Of a stretch of 48,007 nucleotides of DNA, positions 29,519-37,786 are shown piece by piece. Positions within the stretch are counted from its first letter, which is position 1; each line of letters begins with the position of its first letter. Position numbers and translations under genes: made by a program. Source of the DNA: a virus. Its lineage: Duplodnaviria; Caudoviricetes. Location of the stretch: IMG/VR virus record IMGVR_UViG_3300035148_000579, positions 1-48,007 of that record. One strand, given 5' to 3'. The notes beneath the pieces were generated by a model that was not told the origin of the DNA, ran no database searches, and saw nothing but the letters and a program-made list of their open reading frames with translations.

Positions 29519-29689
29519 TTAGGTAAGCCCCCAGAAGCGTTTCTTGAACGCTTCGAGTTCTTCCTCGGTGGCCTCTCGTATACGCTGGCCCTGATCGTCC
29601 ACGAACCAGCCTGAGTTGGAGCCGCCGATAACGAGGCACCGGAACTCTCCGGCGGCGTTCGTTTCTTTCAGTTCAAGATGCGAGTCCAT
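29519..29689 (-). CDS. 56-aa hypothetical protein (absent from ORF track)
   Basis: MDSHLELKETNAAGEFRCLVIGG...FKKRFWGLT*; TGATG overlap with the upstream gene. Confidence 0.65.
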   Translation of the reverse strand: MDSHLELKETNAAGEFRCLVIGGSNSGWFVDDQGQRIREATEEELEAFKKRFWGLT

Positions 29690-30018
29690 CAGAACGGTCC
29701 TTCCGTCTCAGGGCGAAACTCTTCAATCGACCACGCGCCCGACAGCCGCTGCTGGGCCAGGAACGCGTTTATCTCTGCCGCGAAATGTTCTGCGAAAGCC
29801 GGAGGATCGGGTGCCCACTTCTGCTCACCTGACTTCAGCCAGCATGGCGCTTCTGTGATAACAGGCCCCGTGTCCTCGAACTCCCGAACGCGCTTTCCGA
29901 TGTAGAAAGACCACATCTCTTCTGTTTCGCCGTTGACGAAGACCAACTGGCGTTTTCCGTCTGTGTCATTCAGTAGGGAGCGGAACAGATACCAGCCCCC
30001 TCGTACGGCAAGCATCAT
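29689..30018 (-). CDS. Hypothetical protein (109 aa; start moved to ATG 30018)
   Basis: ATGA overlap with the stop of the TraR-like gene. Confidence 0.65.
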   Translation of the reverse strand: MMLAVRGGWYLFRSLLNDTDGKRQLVFVNGETEEMWSFYIGKRVREFEDTGPVITEAPCWLKSGEQKWAPDPPAFAEHFAAEINAFLAQQRLSGAWSIEEFRPETEGPF

Positions 30019-30239
30019 GGTCGTTGCAGTTTCGCGAGTCGTTCTTTTCGTGCCTGGCAGTGCATGCATGTGAATCGTCCCAGGTCTAGCCTAGGCTGCG
30101 GGATATCGTCGCCGCACACAAAACAAGAGCGCCCATCCCAGTCCACTGGGGGCGCTGCATCACTTCGTGTCCTCGATATCCCCCTTTCTATGTCAGCTTC
30201 AGCGATCTTTGCTGCGAGCTCGAAATCTTTCTCGTCCAT
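30015..30239 (-). CDS. TraR/DksA-type C4 zinc-finger protein
   Basis: 74 aa; acidic N-terminal helix MDEKDFELA; CFVCGDDIPQPRL...TCMHCQ. Confidence 0.85.
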   Translation of the reverse strand: MDEKDFELAAKIAEADIERGISRTRSDAAPPVDWDGRSCFVCGDDIPQPRLDLGRFTCMHCQARKERLAKLQRP

Positions 30240-30348
30240 ACAGATAAGCCTCTGTCACTACGATTGCGATGAGGATCGACGTCGTGACGATCCGGTAAGT
30301 GGCAGAGACGACTTTTGCAGCGAGGAAAACATTTCCTGCGAAATGCAT
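30199..30348 (-). CDS. 49-aa overlapping membrane peptide (absent from ORF track)
   Basis: MHFAGNVFLAAKVVSATYRIVTTSILIAIVVTEAYLYGRERFRARSKDR*; GGGA RBS 8 nt upstream; hydrophobic core with basic tail. Confidence 0.5.
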   Translation of the reverse strand: MHFAGNVFLAAKVVSATYRIVTTSILIAIVVTEAYLYGRERFRARSKDR

Positions 30349-30743
30349 GTACGTATTCCCGTTTGTGTACGAATCCAGTCTGCCAGTTCGCGGCGCGACT
30401 GAATCAACATCATGTACTCAGCGGGCGACACTCCCAATAGCCACCGGTCTGGCGGGATAACAACCGCTCCGTCGGGAGAGCCGACCACCACGAATACCGT
30501 CCTGCCCTCAGCGCGACGGCTGAGCAGCCACAGTTTCTGGTTCTCGGACAGGTCCGGAATTATCTGAGCGTGTTTTGGGATTTTGGGGACGTACTTGTAC
30601 TCTATCCAGAGATCGCCCACGTTCCCCGAGTACCACACGTCGGCGGTACCCGAGCGATACGGGTTGTTCATCTTCTCGCAGTGCACATCGGAGAGGTACC
30701 GGTGCACCGAGCTGATGAACACGTTCTCTGGTTTAGATGCCAA
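30258..30743 (-). CDS. PD-(D/E)xK nuclease, VRR-NUC/Holliday junction resolvase-like (start TTG 30743 tentative)
   Basis: PENVFISSV...SGTADVWY...WIEYK...LSENQKLWL...GRTVFVVVG. Confidence 0.75.
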   Translation of the reverse strand: MASKPENVFISSVHRYLSDVHCEKMNNPYRSGTADVWYSGNVGDLWIEYKYVPKIPKHAQIIPDLSENQKLWLLSRRAEGRTVFVVVGSPDGAVVIPPDRWLLGVSPAEYMMLIQSRRELADWIRTQTGIRTCISQEMFSSLQKSSLPLTGSSRRRSSSQS

Positions 30744-31269
30744 CCACGATCTCGCGTAGGCGCTCTTGCAAGTCTTCAAGAGTGCCGTTGTTGTGTACAA
30801 CGAAATCGTTCTCACCTTCCTGCACACCACCTTCCGACAGATGACCGTGGACGGGCTGCGCAGCGTTTCGGCGTAGATGAATGATTCGACCGCCGTAGCG
30901 GCGAATCCATGCTGCTTCGTTTTCGAACCGGCAATCGGTAACGATCATGCCGGGCCCTTTGCTCATCAGACGATCCGTGGCCAGAGTCAGCCAGAGATTC
31001 TCGTCGACGAGCTGCCGACCCCACTCGGTCCCGAGCCACTGCATCATCTGCCGCGGGCTCTTGTTCCCGAACGCGGGGATCGGATCTTCCTTGCGAGGGA
31101 TCCAATACTCGTCAGTCATGTCGATTCCCAAGCCCGCCTTCAGCATGGCCCGAATCGGGTCCGCGAATGCGTAGCGGTAACCGCCAGTCATGGCCAGAAG
31201 AAAAGCCGCAGCGGTGTCCTTACCGCTGCGCGCTGGCCCGGTGAGGCCGAGTAGTGGAAATCGCATCAT
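30733..31269 (-). CDS. Deoxynucleoside monophosphate kinase
   Basis: P-loop GLTGPARSGKDT; FADPIR; SPRQMMQWLGTEWGR; TDCRFENEA; HLSE; NNGTL. Confidence 0.92.
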   Translation of the reverse strand: MMRFPLLGLTGPARSGKDTAAAFLLAMTGGYRYAFADPIRAMLKAGLGIDMTDEYWIPRKEDPIPAFGNKSPRQMMQWLGTEWGRQLVDENLWLTLATDRLMSKGPGMIVTDCRFENEAAWIRRYGGRIIHLRRNAAQPVHGHLSEGGVQEGENDFVVHNNGTLEDLQERLREIVVGI

Positions 31270-31586
31270 GGTGTAGCGGGCCTCTTGCTCTCTACTTTGG
31301 CCTTGTCGTAATACTTCTTCGACGCGATAAGTGCGTCTCGGAAAGCATGCAGGTCGTTGAGGAGAGAGTTTAGCTTACGAAGCCGCGACTGATACGTGTC
31401 GTCTCCTTCCGCACTATCGTAGAAGCTGAAATCGAGGCTGACTGACCTGGAGCAATCCGCCAGAGACAGCGTTGCGTTCTGGCTCACGTGCTCGCCGTGA
31501 ACGCTGACCTCGACTTCCGCTTCGATGTGTGCGGTGCCCTTTCCTTCATTCAGGAAACGGCGCACGTACATGAACTGTTTATCCAT
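31266..31586 (-). CDS. Hypothetical protein (106 aa)
   Basis: Tightly packed between neighbours; ATGA coupling to the kinase. Confidence 0.7.
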   Translation of the reverse strand: MDKQFMYVRRFLNEGKGTAHIEAEVEVSVHGEHVSQNATLSLADCSRSVSLDFSFYDSAEGDDTYQSRLRKLNSLLNDLHAFRDALIASKKYYDKAKVESKRPATP

Positions 31587-31587
31587 A

Positions 31588-32115
31588 TCACTTCTTGTTG
31601 TGTGCAGCCCAAATCAGCTGCAAGTGGCGGGCCTGATCCCGAGCGTCGTGCAGCGCGTTGTGCGCTACCGAGCCTTCCGCGCGAGCGTACGGCACGTCCG
31701 GGTACAGGTTCTTCATGGTTCGGTAGCACCGCTCGTTGTAGAACTTCCACGGTGCAGCCACGTTCACGTCGTTGAACGCGGAGTTCAGGATCGGGATGTC
31801 GAAGCTGGCTCCGTTGCTCCAGACCAACACGTCCTGCTGCGGTACGAACTGCGCGAGGCTGCTCAGCGCGAGCTCCAGCGACATACGCACGGGCTCTTGG
31901 AACACGGCCTTGGCGTCTGCCGGCTGAGTCATCCACCACTCCAGGGTACTGCCCTGAACGCGGCGGTTATACCGGCGCAGCTGATCGTCGATACTCAGCG
32001 CCGTGTAGAACGGCGCGGAGATCTCTTGTTCCGTGAACAGAACGGCCCCAATGCTCAGGATAGCTGCACGGGGGTCCGTGCTAAGCGTCTCCAGGTCAAT
32101 CATCAGATGAAGCAT
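31588..32115 (-). CDS. DEDDh 3'-5' exonuclease (Rv2179c-like)
   Basis: HLMIDLETL, AILSIGAV, WSNGASFDIPIL, HNALHDA. Confidence 0.88.
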   Translation of the reverse strand: MLHLMIDLETLSTDPRAAILSIGAVLFTEQEISAPFYTALSIDDQLRRYNRRVQGSTLEWWMTQPADAKAVFQEPVRMSLELALSSLAQFVPQQDVLVWSNGASFDIPILNSAFNDVNVAAPWKFYNERCYRTMKNLYPDVPYARAEGSVAHNALHDARDQARHLQLIWAAHNKK

Positions 32116-32133
32116 CTGTGTCCTTCGGCAGGC

Positions 32134-32160
32134 AAAAAAAGGGCGGCCCGAAGGCCGCCC
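32134..32160 (-). terminator. Intrinsic terminator
   Basis: On the - strand: GGGCGGCC-UUCG-GGCCGCCC followed by U7. Confidence 0.9.
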
Positions 32161-32172
32161 GAAACCGACTGC

Positions 32173-32910
32173 TTAGCGCTGCACCCGAGCCGCTGAACGA
32201 CCCGGACCGCGCGGAGCAACGGGGGAGACAGCTTCCGCAGACTGCGGAGCCGGAGTGTACTCCGGTTCCGTCAGCAGCCGGGAGCGCGCTTCTTCCATGC
32301 GCCCCACCGACGCTTCCAGCTGCTCGTTGGGCTTCGGTGCACCGAAGCGCAGCGACGGGTAGTCGACCTTCGGGTCGAACCCGATGGTGGTGACGACCTT
32401 CACGGGCGGCGCTCCGAACGACGACGCAACGCTGGCGACGTACGTATCGAACGCCTTGATACCGGTCGGCGACACGGACAACAGCCAAAGCGGCGTGTCT
32501 TCCTTGAAGTCGACCGGCAGGATCGCCAGCAGCCGCGTGTTCTTGCACGCTTTGCCGTTGCCCTGCCGCGCGCTGCCGTACTGGTTCTGCGAGCAGACCG
32601 AGCAGCTGTCGGCTTGCTTGTTCGGACTGTTCGCGCTCGGACGAAGCTGAGACACGTCCTCTCCGAGCGCGAAGCAATCGGGAGGAGTCACCTCATCGCG
32701 ATTGAAGCTGCCGGGGTAGTACATGTTCGCCGACACGAAGTCGACGATGATGGCTTCGAACGGGCCCTGCGACTGCGTGCCGTCGGGGAACTTGAACAGC
32801 TTGTTCTGCGTGACCTTGATGCGATCACCCGAAGGCTTGGCGATCTTGTTGGCAAGCTCGGCGGCCTTCCGCGCGAGAATTTCTTCGTAGTTAACGATTG
32901 CAGTCGTCAT
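32173..32910 (-). CDS. Conserved phage replication-module protein, putative ssDNA-binding/annealing
   Basis: PPDCFA, CSVCSQNQYGS, GKACKNTRLLA, VSPTGIKAF motifs; GAGG RBS; near the polymerase. Function is inferred. Confidence 0.55.
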   Translation of the reverse strand: MTTAIVNYEEILARKAAELANKIAKPSGDRIKVTQNKLFKFPDGTQSQGPFEAIIVDFVSANMYYPGSFNRDEVTPPDCFALGEDVSQLRPSANSPNKQADSCSVCSQNQYGSARQGNGKACKNTRLLAILPVDFKEDTPLWLLSVSPTGIKAFDTYVASVASSFGAPPVKVVTTIGFDPKVDYPSLRFGAPKPNEQLEASVGRMEEARSRLLTEPEYTPAPQSAEAVSPVAPRGPGRSAARVQR

Positions 32911-32916
32911 AGTTCC

Positions 32917-33285
32917 TCAGAGAGACGTGATGCGGACGGAGCGCTTTGTGAACGGAACGACGCCGGGGATCGTTCCTTCCTTCTCGAAAATCTCACGGCA
33001 CCCGTTGACACTAGGCCGACGGTCGAGAAGGTGAAAGTGCTTGTGTCGCCAGATGTAATCCCAGAACGCGTCCCAATCCTGGACACTTGGCTTCACGCTG
33101 TCATAGACCGATGCGGTAGCGAGCGAGCCCGTGGACTTGGACACGCCCTGCTCTTCCATCAGTCTGATGAGAACCTGTTCGGCGTCAGCGATCTTTTTCT
33201 CAATCTCGCTGACGACGGCTTCCTGCTGGCGCTTCTCTGCTTTAAGGCGCTGCAGGTTGTCGATCTGTTCACCGACGGTGATCAT
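32917..33285 (-). CDS. Coiled-coil phage replication-module protein (122 aa; start ATG 33285)
   Basis: GGAGG RBS; N-terminal coiled coil; VQDWDAFWDYI...LLDRR...IPGV. Confidence 0.7.
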   Translation of the reverse strand: MITVGEQIDNLQRLKAEKRQQEAVVSEIEKKIADAEQVLIRLMEEQGVSKSTGSLATASVYDSVKPSVQDWDAFWDYIWRHKHFHLLDRRPSVNGCREIFEKEGTIPGVVPFTKRSVRITSL

Positions 33286-33691
33286 TGTTTCCTCCGAAGA
33301 GGCGGTTGAGCGATTGCCAGATCTGCCGGCCTTGCTCTTCGGTGATGACCCGCTCGCCGTCCCCGAGGTCAATGGAGATCTTACTGGAGATCGCCACATC
33401 GTGTCCGGTGGTCGCTGCAAGGGCTTCCGCTGCATCCGCGGCTTGCTCTTCCGGCGAGCGCGGCAGGTACAGCCACCCGGGCTGGTTCTCGGTAAGCAAC
33501 CGGCGGCTCAGGACTCCGTCGCGCCACAGGTGATGCAGCAGCGCCGAGACGTTGCCGATGGAGCCGAACATTTCCCGGTTCATTTCGTACAGAGCCCGGG
33601 GGGTGCACCCAGCTTCGCCGGCGGCATTCACCAGCATGGCGAGTGTGTTGGACTTACTTGGAGTAGTTTTTCGCATATGCGCCTTCGGCAT
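33269..33691 (-). CDS. Hypothetical protein, possible winged helix (alternative start 33676)
   Basis: TPRALYE...IGNVSALLHHLWRDGVLSR...WLY pattern. Confidence 0.55.
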   Translation of the reverse strand: MPKAHMRKTTPSKSNTLAMLVNAAGEAGCTPRALYEMNREMFGSIGNVSALLHHLWRDGVLSRRLLTENQPGWLYLPRSPEEQAADAAEALAATTGHDVAISSKISIDLGDGERVITEEQGRQIWQSLNRLFGGNNDHRR

Positions 33692-35486
33692 TGATGGGTA
33701 GATCAGCAGCCCAATCGGGCGGAGTTTTCATAATCTCCAGGCCGAAGGCGAGAGCTTCCTCTGCTTCGGCTTCCGGAGCCAGGTACACCACCTCGTCGTG
33801 CGTCATCATCACGACGCGGTAGCGTTTCGAGATCGAGAGCATCTGATCGGCCACGATGCAGCGCGCAAGGGCCTGAACAGCGTTCTCGGTTAGCAGTCCA
33901 CCATACAGTTTGGTGGTGACGTTGCGTGCGTTCGTATACGAGCAATCCACGTACCGGTTGGTCCACTCACTCCAGAACCCGGTAAGGCCGTCGTAGTGAA
34001 TCGCCAGCCCCGACGGAAGAAGCATCTTCTTGTCGTCGATACCGATGGCTTTGTACTGGATCTTTTCTCCATGGATCATGTAAGGGAGAAGTGCTTCCAT
34101 CTGCTTCCACAAGCCGGTGATGGGCTGGTTGAAGTCACGATAGATGTTCACGATCCGTTGGCATTCGGCAAGACCCAATTGCACTGGATTGAATGGGTCT
34201 GTGGCGAGGGTATCTTGCAGCTTCACTGCACCCATTCCATATCCAAGCGCGAGAACGCATATCTTGCCCAGCTGCCGCTCATCCTTCGTCACTTCATTCA
34301 CGGGCTTGTTGTAGATCTGCGCGGCCATGACTTTGTACAGGTCAGGGCCGACACCAGCATCGTAGTCGCGGAAGATCTGCAACTTCGGTTCATCTCCAGC
34401 AAGCCATAGGTTGGTGCGGGCTTCGATCTGCGCGGAGTCGATCACCACCAGCACGTATCCTGGTGGTGCCTTGATTGACTTGCGTAGTTCGCCTCCCCGC
34501 TTGAGGTTCTGCATGTTCATCTTGTTGCCTGCAGACCACCTAGTGGTGTGAGCGCCGCAGTATTGCAGCAGCACAGGCAAACGGCAGTTGTTCTCCGCAG
34601 CTTTCAGGAAGCGTACGGCTCGGGTTTCACCGATGGTGGACTTCACAGCCATGCGGGCCTCGATGATGTCCTTCAACGGTCCAGTCACCTTGTCTCGGAG
34701 AGCAAGGAACCCGGCATCTTTCTTGGCCAGAGCCCACGTCTGCTTCCCTGTAGCCGGGCTCGTCTTCATGGGCGGGTCTACTCCGTACTCCTTCAGGAGA
34801 TCTGCGAACTCCTGATTGGAAGAGAGCTGATCCGCGCGTACTCCAGCGCGCAACACTTTAGCTACCTTCTGCCCCACTTCACGTTCCAGCTCAGCTTCCA
34901 CGCGAGGAACGTCGACCTCCAACACGGGGTCGCAGAACATCCGCAGCGTCAGGTCGATCAGCTCCAGCTCCTTCGGCGGAATCTTGGGGCGCAGGTGCCA
35001 GTACGCTTCCCGCATCAGCCACACGTCGTGTACGCCATACTCAGCCAGTGCTTCCAGCTCGGCTTCTGTCAGGTCGCGCTTGTCCTTGATGTTTTCCAGC
35101 TTGCCCTTGATCTTGCCGGGCAAGCCCAAGCGCGCAGCTACTGCTTCCAGTCGGTGCAGTACGTTAGCGCCCCAGTGGGCGCGCGACATCAGCATCGTGT
35201 CGGCGTACTCTGCAGGCACCTTTCCGTAGTGGTGAGAGAGGATGAATCCATCGAACGCGGTGTTGTGGCAAATGAGTCTGATGTTCGACCAATCCCACTC
35301 ATCGAAGATCTTCTGCAGCGATTCCGTCGAAGCCCACTGCAGCTCGCCGTCGTTGAACGCCCATTGCACCATGTGGGCCTTGAACAGGGGGTCGCGAATG
35401 TACTCGCTGGTCGACATCTTGCTGCTGGAGAGGGTGTACCCCTTTCCGTAGAACGTCTCGAAATCCAGGAACAGCTCGTTATGCAT
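33654..35486 (-). CDS. Family A DNA polymerase with 3'-5' exonuclease, no 5'-3' exo domain (start ATG 35486)
   Basis: Exo DFET / HNTAFD / YGVHDV; motif A DSAQIEAR; motif B RQLGKICVLALGYG; motif C THDEVV. Confidence 0.95.
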   Translation of the reverse strand: MHNELFLDFETFYGKGYTLSSSKMSTSEYIRDPLFKAHMVQWAFNDGELQWASTESLQKIFDEWDWSNIRLICHNTAFDGFILSHHYGKVPAEYADTMLMSRAHWGANVLHRLEAVAARLGLPGKIKGKLENIKDKRDLTEAELEALAEYGVHDVWLMREAYWHLRPKIPPKELELIDLTLRMFCDPVLEVDVPRVEAELEREVGQKVAKVLRAGVRADQLSSNQEFADLLKEYGVDPPMKTSPATGKQTWALAKKDAGFLALRDKVTGPLKDIIEARMAVKSTIGETRAVRFLKAAENNCRLPVLLQYCGAHTTRWSAGNKMNMQNLKRGGELRKSIKAPPGYVLVVIDSAQIEARTNLWLAGDEPKLQIFRDYDAGVGPDLYKVMAAQIYNKPVNEVTKDERQLGKICVLALGYGMGAVKLQDTLATDPFNPVQLGLAECQRIVNIYRDFNQPITGLWKQMEALLPYMIHGEKIQYKAIGIDDKKMLLPSGLAIHYDGLTGFWSEWTNRYVDCSYTNARNVTTKLYGGLLTENAVQALARCIVADQMLSISKRYRVVMMTHDEVVYLAPEAEAEEALAFGLEIMKTPPDWAADLPINAEGAYAKNYSK

Positions 35487-35820
35487 AGTCGACAGTGCCG
35501 TCTGTGTGTTGGTGACGGATGGTGGCTCCCGCGGCAGCAAGGCGCATCTTGGCGGCGGCCATGTCGTCGCCCAATGCGAAGATCTGATCGTCGAAGGTCA
35601 CACTGTTCACCAGAAAGTCTTGTCGCGGGAACACGAACTCCACACGGTTCCCTTTCGCGACCTCTCGCTTGACCGTTGCGATTAGAAGTTCGAACGACCT
35701 CAGCCGCTGCTCTGCGGCGTGCTTTGCTTTCAAGTGTGCGATTTCAAGCTCGATCTTCAGTCGTTGAATTTCGGCGTCTTGGTTCATCCGCTCTCGAACC
35801 AGATCGAGAGCGGCATTCAC
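35479..35820 (-). CDS. Hypothetical protein (113 aa; start GTG 35820)
   Basis: GTGA coupling upstream; ATGCATAA overlap with the polymerase start. Confidence 0.65.
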   Translation of the reverse strand: MNAALDLVRERMNQDAEIQRLKIELEIAHLKAKHAAEQRLRSFELLIATVKREVAKGNRVEFVFPRQDFLVNSVTFDDQIFALGDDMAAAKMRLAAAGATIRHQHTDGTVDYA

Positions 35821-36062
35821 GATTCCAGCTGATCTTCGTTCCACGAGAGCACCGTTGTCTTGAATCCACGCGCTGCGAAACGCATCGCCATGGAGGCAGG
35901 ATCACCTTTGTAGAAACACCGCTCGTTCTTCACGGCTCCGTAGTAGTTCTGGCCGCGGACTACGGTTTGTCCTTTTGGCCCGCACGAAACAATGACTCGG
36001 TCAATCCCACTAGCGTGGAGTGTCGTGCATTGGACTTCGAAGTTCCAAGCTTCTGTTTCCAT
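35817..36062 (-). CDS. Hypothetical protein (81 aa), overlaps helicase 3' end by 103 nt
   Basis: Fills the gap; its stop is coupled to the next gene. Confidence 0.5.
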   Translation of the reverse strand: METEAWNFEVQCTTLHASGIDRVIVSCGPKGQTVVRGQNYYGAVKNERCFYKGDPASMAMRFAARGFKTTVLSWNEDQLES

Positions 36063-37423
36063 CGCTCTGGCAGTTCCAGAAGGGTGAGTAGATCCATCTG
36101 CTTCGTGTCTTTCTCCTGCAAGCGCAGAGCCACACGCTCTTCGATGGTGCCGGGGGCAACCACGACTATTGTTTCCGTCTTGTCTTTCTGGCCCGCACGA
36201 TAGATACGACGGTTGCCTTGGAGCCAGTGTTCGAGGTTATAAGTCGGAGATGCCCAGATCGTTGCCGTCCCGCGCGTAAGTGTGAGTCCGTGGGCGGCCG
36301 ATTTAGGGTGAGCCAGAACGACTCGATAGAAGCCGGACTGGAAATTCTTGACGGCCTCATGGCGTTCTTTATCCGTCGAATGACCGTCGATAACCACGTA
36401 TGTAATGCCACGGCTGTCGAACTCCTTGATGAGTTGGTCGCGTTGGTGATTCCACTGGAAGAACACGACGCTGTGCTTTCGCTCTTCCACCAGATCTGCC
36501 ACAAGTTCGTATCGACCCGGATCCACCTTCGAGTAGTTACCCGAGTTGTCGTATACCGCACCGGATGCGATCTGCAGCAGCTTGGTCATGACTGCTGCTC
36601 CGTTGATTGCGTCCACGATCTGGCCGCTTGCCAGCAGCGCCACGGCATTCTCTTCCATGTCCTGATACACGCGCTGCTGCGCAGGGGGCATGTAGTAGTT
36701 GATCGGTCGCAACACGTTCTCCGGGATATCGATGCAGTCCTCGAACTTGTGCCGAATCGTGATGTCCTCGATCAGCTTGCCCACGATCAGCTGGATGTCC
36801 TTCTTGTCCACCCACTTGATCATGTTCGCCCGAGGACCGACTTGCTGCGGCTCGCAAGCGTTCGCGCGGAAGGCGTAGAACGACGTCCCGAGTCGCTGCC
36901 CGTCGTCCAGGATGTTCACCTGATTCCACAAGTCGGTGATCGCGTTGGAGCTGGGCGTACCGGTCATGTTGTGCCGGTACTTGAAGTATTTCTTGATCTT
37001 GTTCAGCGCGCGGCTGCGCTGACTGGTGTGGTGCTTGAACGCAGAGCTCTCGTCGACGATGAGCATCCCGCCCTCGAAGCGCTTCCAGAACGACGCCGGC
37101 TGCTTCAGAAGCCACTTCGTCGCGTCGATGTTCGTGATGTACACGTCCGAGTTTTCTTCGAACGCCTTGTCCCGGTTCTCTGCGAAGGCGACGGTAGTTT
37201 TCAGCGTCGGAGCGAAGGACAGAAAGTCGTCCTGCCATGCACTGCGCAGTAGGGACTTCGGAGCGAGAACGAGGCAGCAACCGCTGCCTCGTACACGTCG
37301 TGCCTGGAAGACTTCAATGGCCGTGCGCGTCTTCCCTGTACCAGGATCAGACGCGTCGAACGTCCTCTCCCGATTCAGGATGAACTGAATCGAGACTTTC
37401 TGGTGATCGAATAGGGGATACAT
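35960..37423 (-). CDS. SNF2-type superfamily 2 helicase
   Basis: DPGTGKT, VDESS, TGTP, HGLTL, QGNRRIYRAGQ. Confidence 0.92.
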   Translation of the reverse strand: MYPLFDHQKVSIQFILNRERTFDASDPGTGKTRTAIEVFQARRVRGSGCCLVLAPKSLLRSAWQDDFLSFAPTLKTTVAFAENRDKAFEENSDVYITNIDATKWLLKQPASFWKRFEGGMLIVDESSAFKHHTSQRSRALNKIKKYFKYRHNMTGTPSSNAITDLWNQVNILDDGQRLGTSFYAFRANACEPQQVGPRANMIKWVDKKDIQLIVGKLIEDITIRHKFEDCIDIPENVLRPINYYMPPAQQRVYQDMEENAVALLASGQIVDAINGAAVMTKLLQIASGAVYDNSGNYSKVDPGRYELVADLVEERKHSVVFFQWNHQRDQLIKEFDSRGITYVVIDGHSTDKERHEAVKNFQSGFYRVVLAHPKSAAHGLTLTRGTATIWASPTYNLEHWLQGNRRIYRAGQKDKTETIVVVAPGTIEERVALRLQEKDTKQMDLLTLLELPERWKQKLGTSKSNARHSTLVGLTESLFRAGQKDKP

Positions 37424-37616
37424 CGGGCCCTTCGTTGGTGTGTGGATCGATGCCGTACTCTTTGATGAGCTGTTCTCGGTAGATATCGGCGAGCTCCTTA
37501 TCTACCGCGCCTGTCGGCGATGGAACCCCTCGTAGCTTCGCAGCTATGGCTCGCGTGTTGTACAGACACCAGAGCTTCCAAACGGCGCGCGCACTGAGAA
37601 GTTGTTGCTTTCCCAC
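37347..37616 (-). CDS. Hypothetical protein (89 aa; start GTG 37616)
   Basis: AGGAGG RBS 4 nt before GTG; the longer track ORF (to 37850) runs through a hairpin-dense stretch. Confidence 0.55.
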   Translation of the reverse strand: MGKQQLLSARAVWKLWCLYNTRAIAAKLRGVPSPTGAVDKELADIYREQLIKEYGIDPHTNEGPDVSPIRSPESLDSVHPESGEDVRRV

Positions 37617-37786
37617 CTTGCCTCCTGTTAGCGCCCGAGTCGGGATGTCCCTCGGGACTAACCGTAGCGTGGTTTCTCCGGCGCATACCTGAGAGGAAAG
37701 GAGTAACTCCCGTATGCGCTGCTGCGGGTTTTTCTGCACGCGCCACCACGCAGCTGGGCACGCCCCTTGCGGGGAGCAACGCTGCT
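37617..37786 (-). other. Structured intergenic element (multibranch fold plus RBS-adjacent hairpin)
   Basis: Closing pair 37666-70/37779-83 encloses stems 37681-88/37712-19, 37721-26/37749-54 and cccc-GCAA-gggg (37763-74); separate hairpin 37627-37662. Confidence 0.5.

Noticed and set aside
33654-35486. DpoZ / 2-aminoadenine or other modified-base genome
   Set aside because: No purZ, datZ, mazZ or base-modifying enzyme recognised in the window; the kinase and Nmad5-like gene alone are insufficient.
37689-37700. CTGAGAGGAAAG resembling a hammerhead core or RNase P motif
   Set aside because: Does not fit CUGANGA-stem-GAAA spacing, lacks the other RNase P elements, and lies on the strand opposite local transcription.
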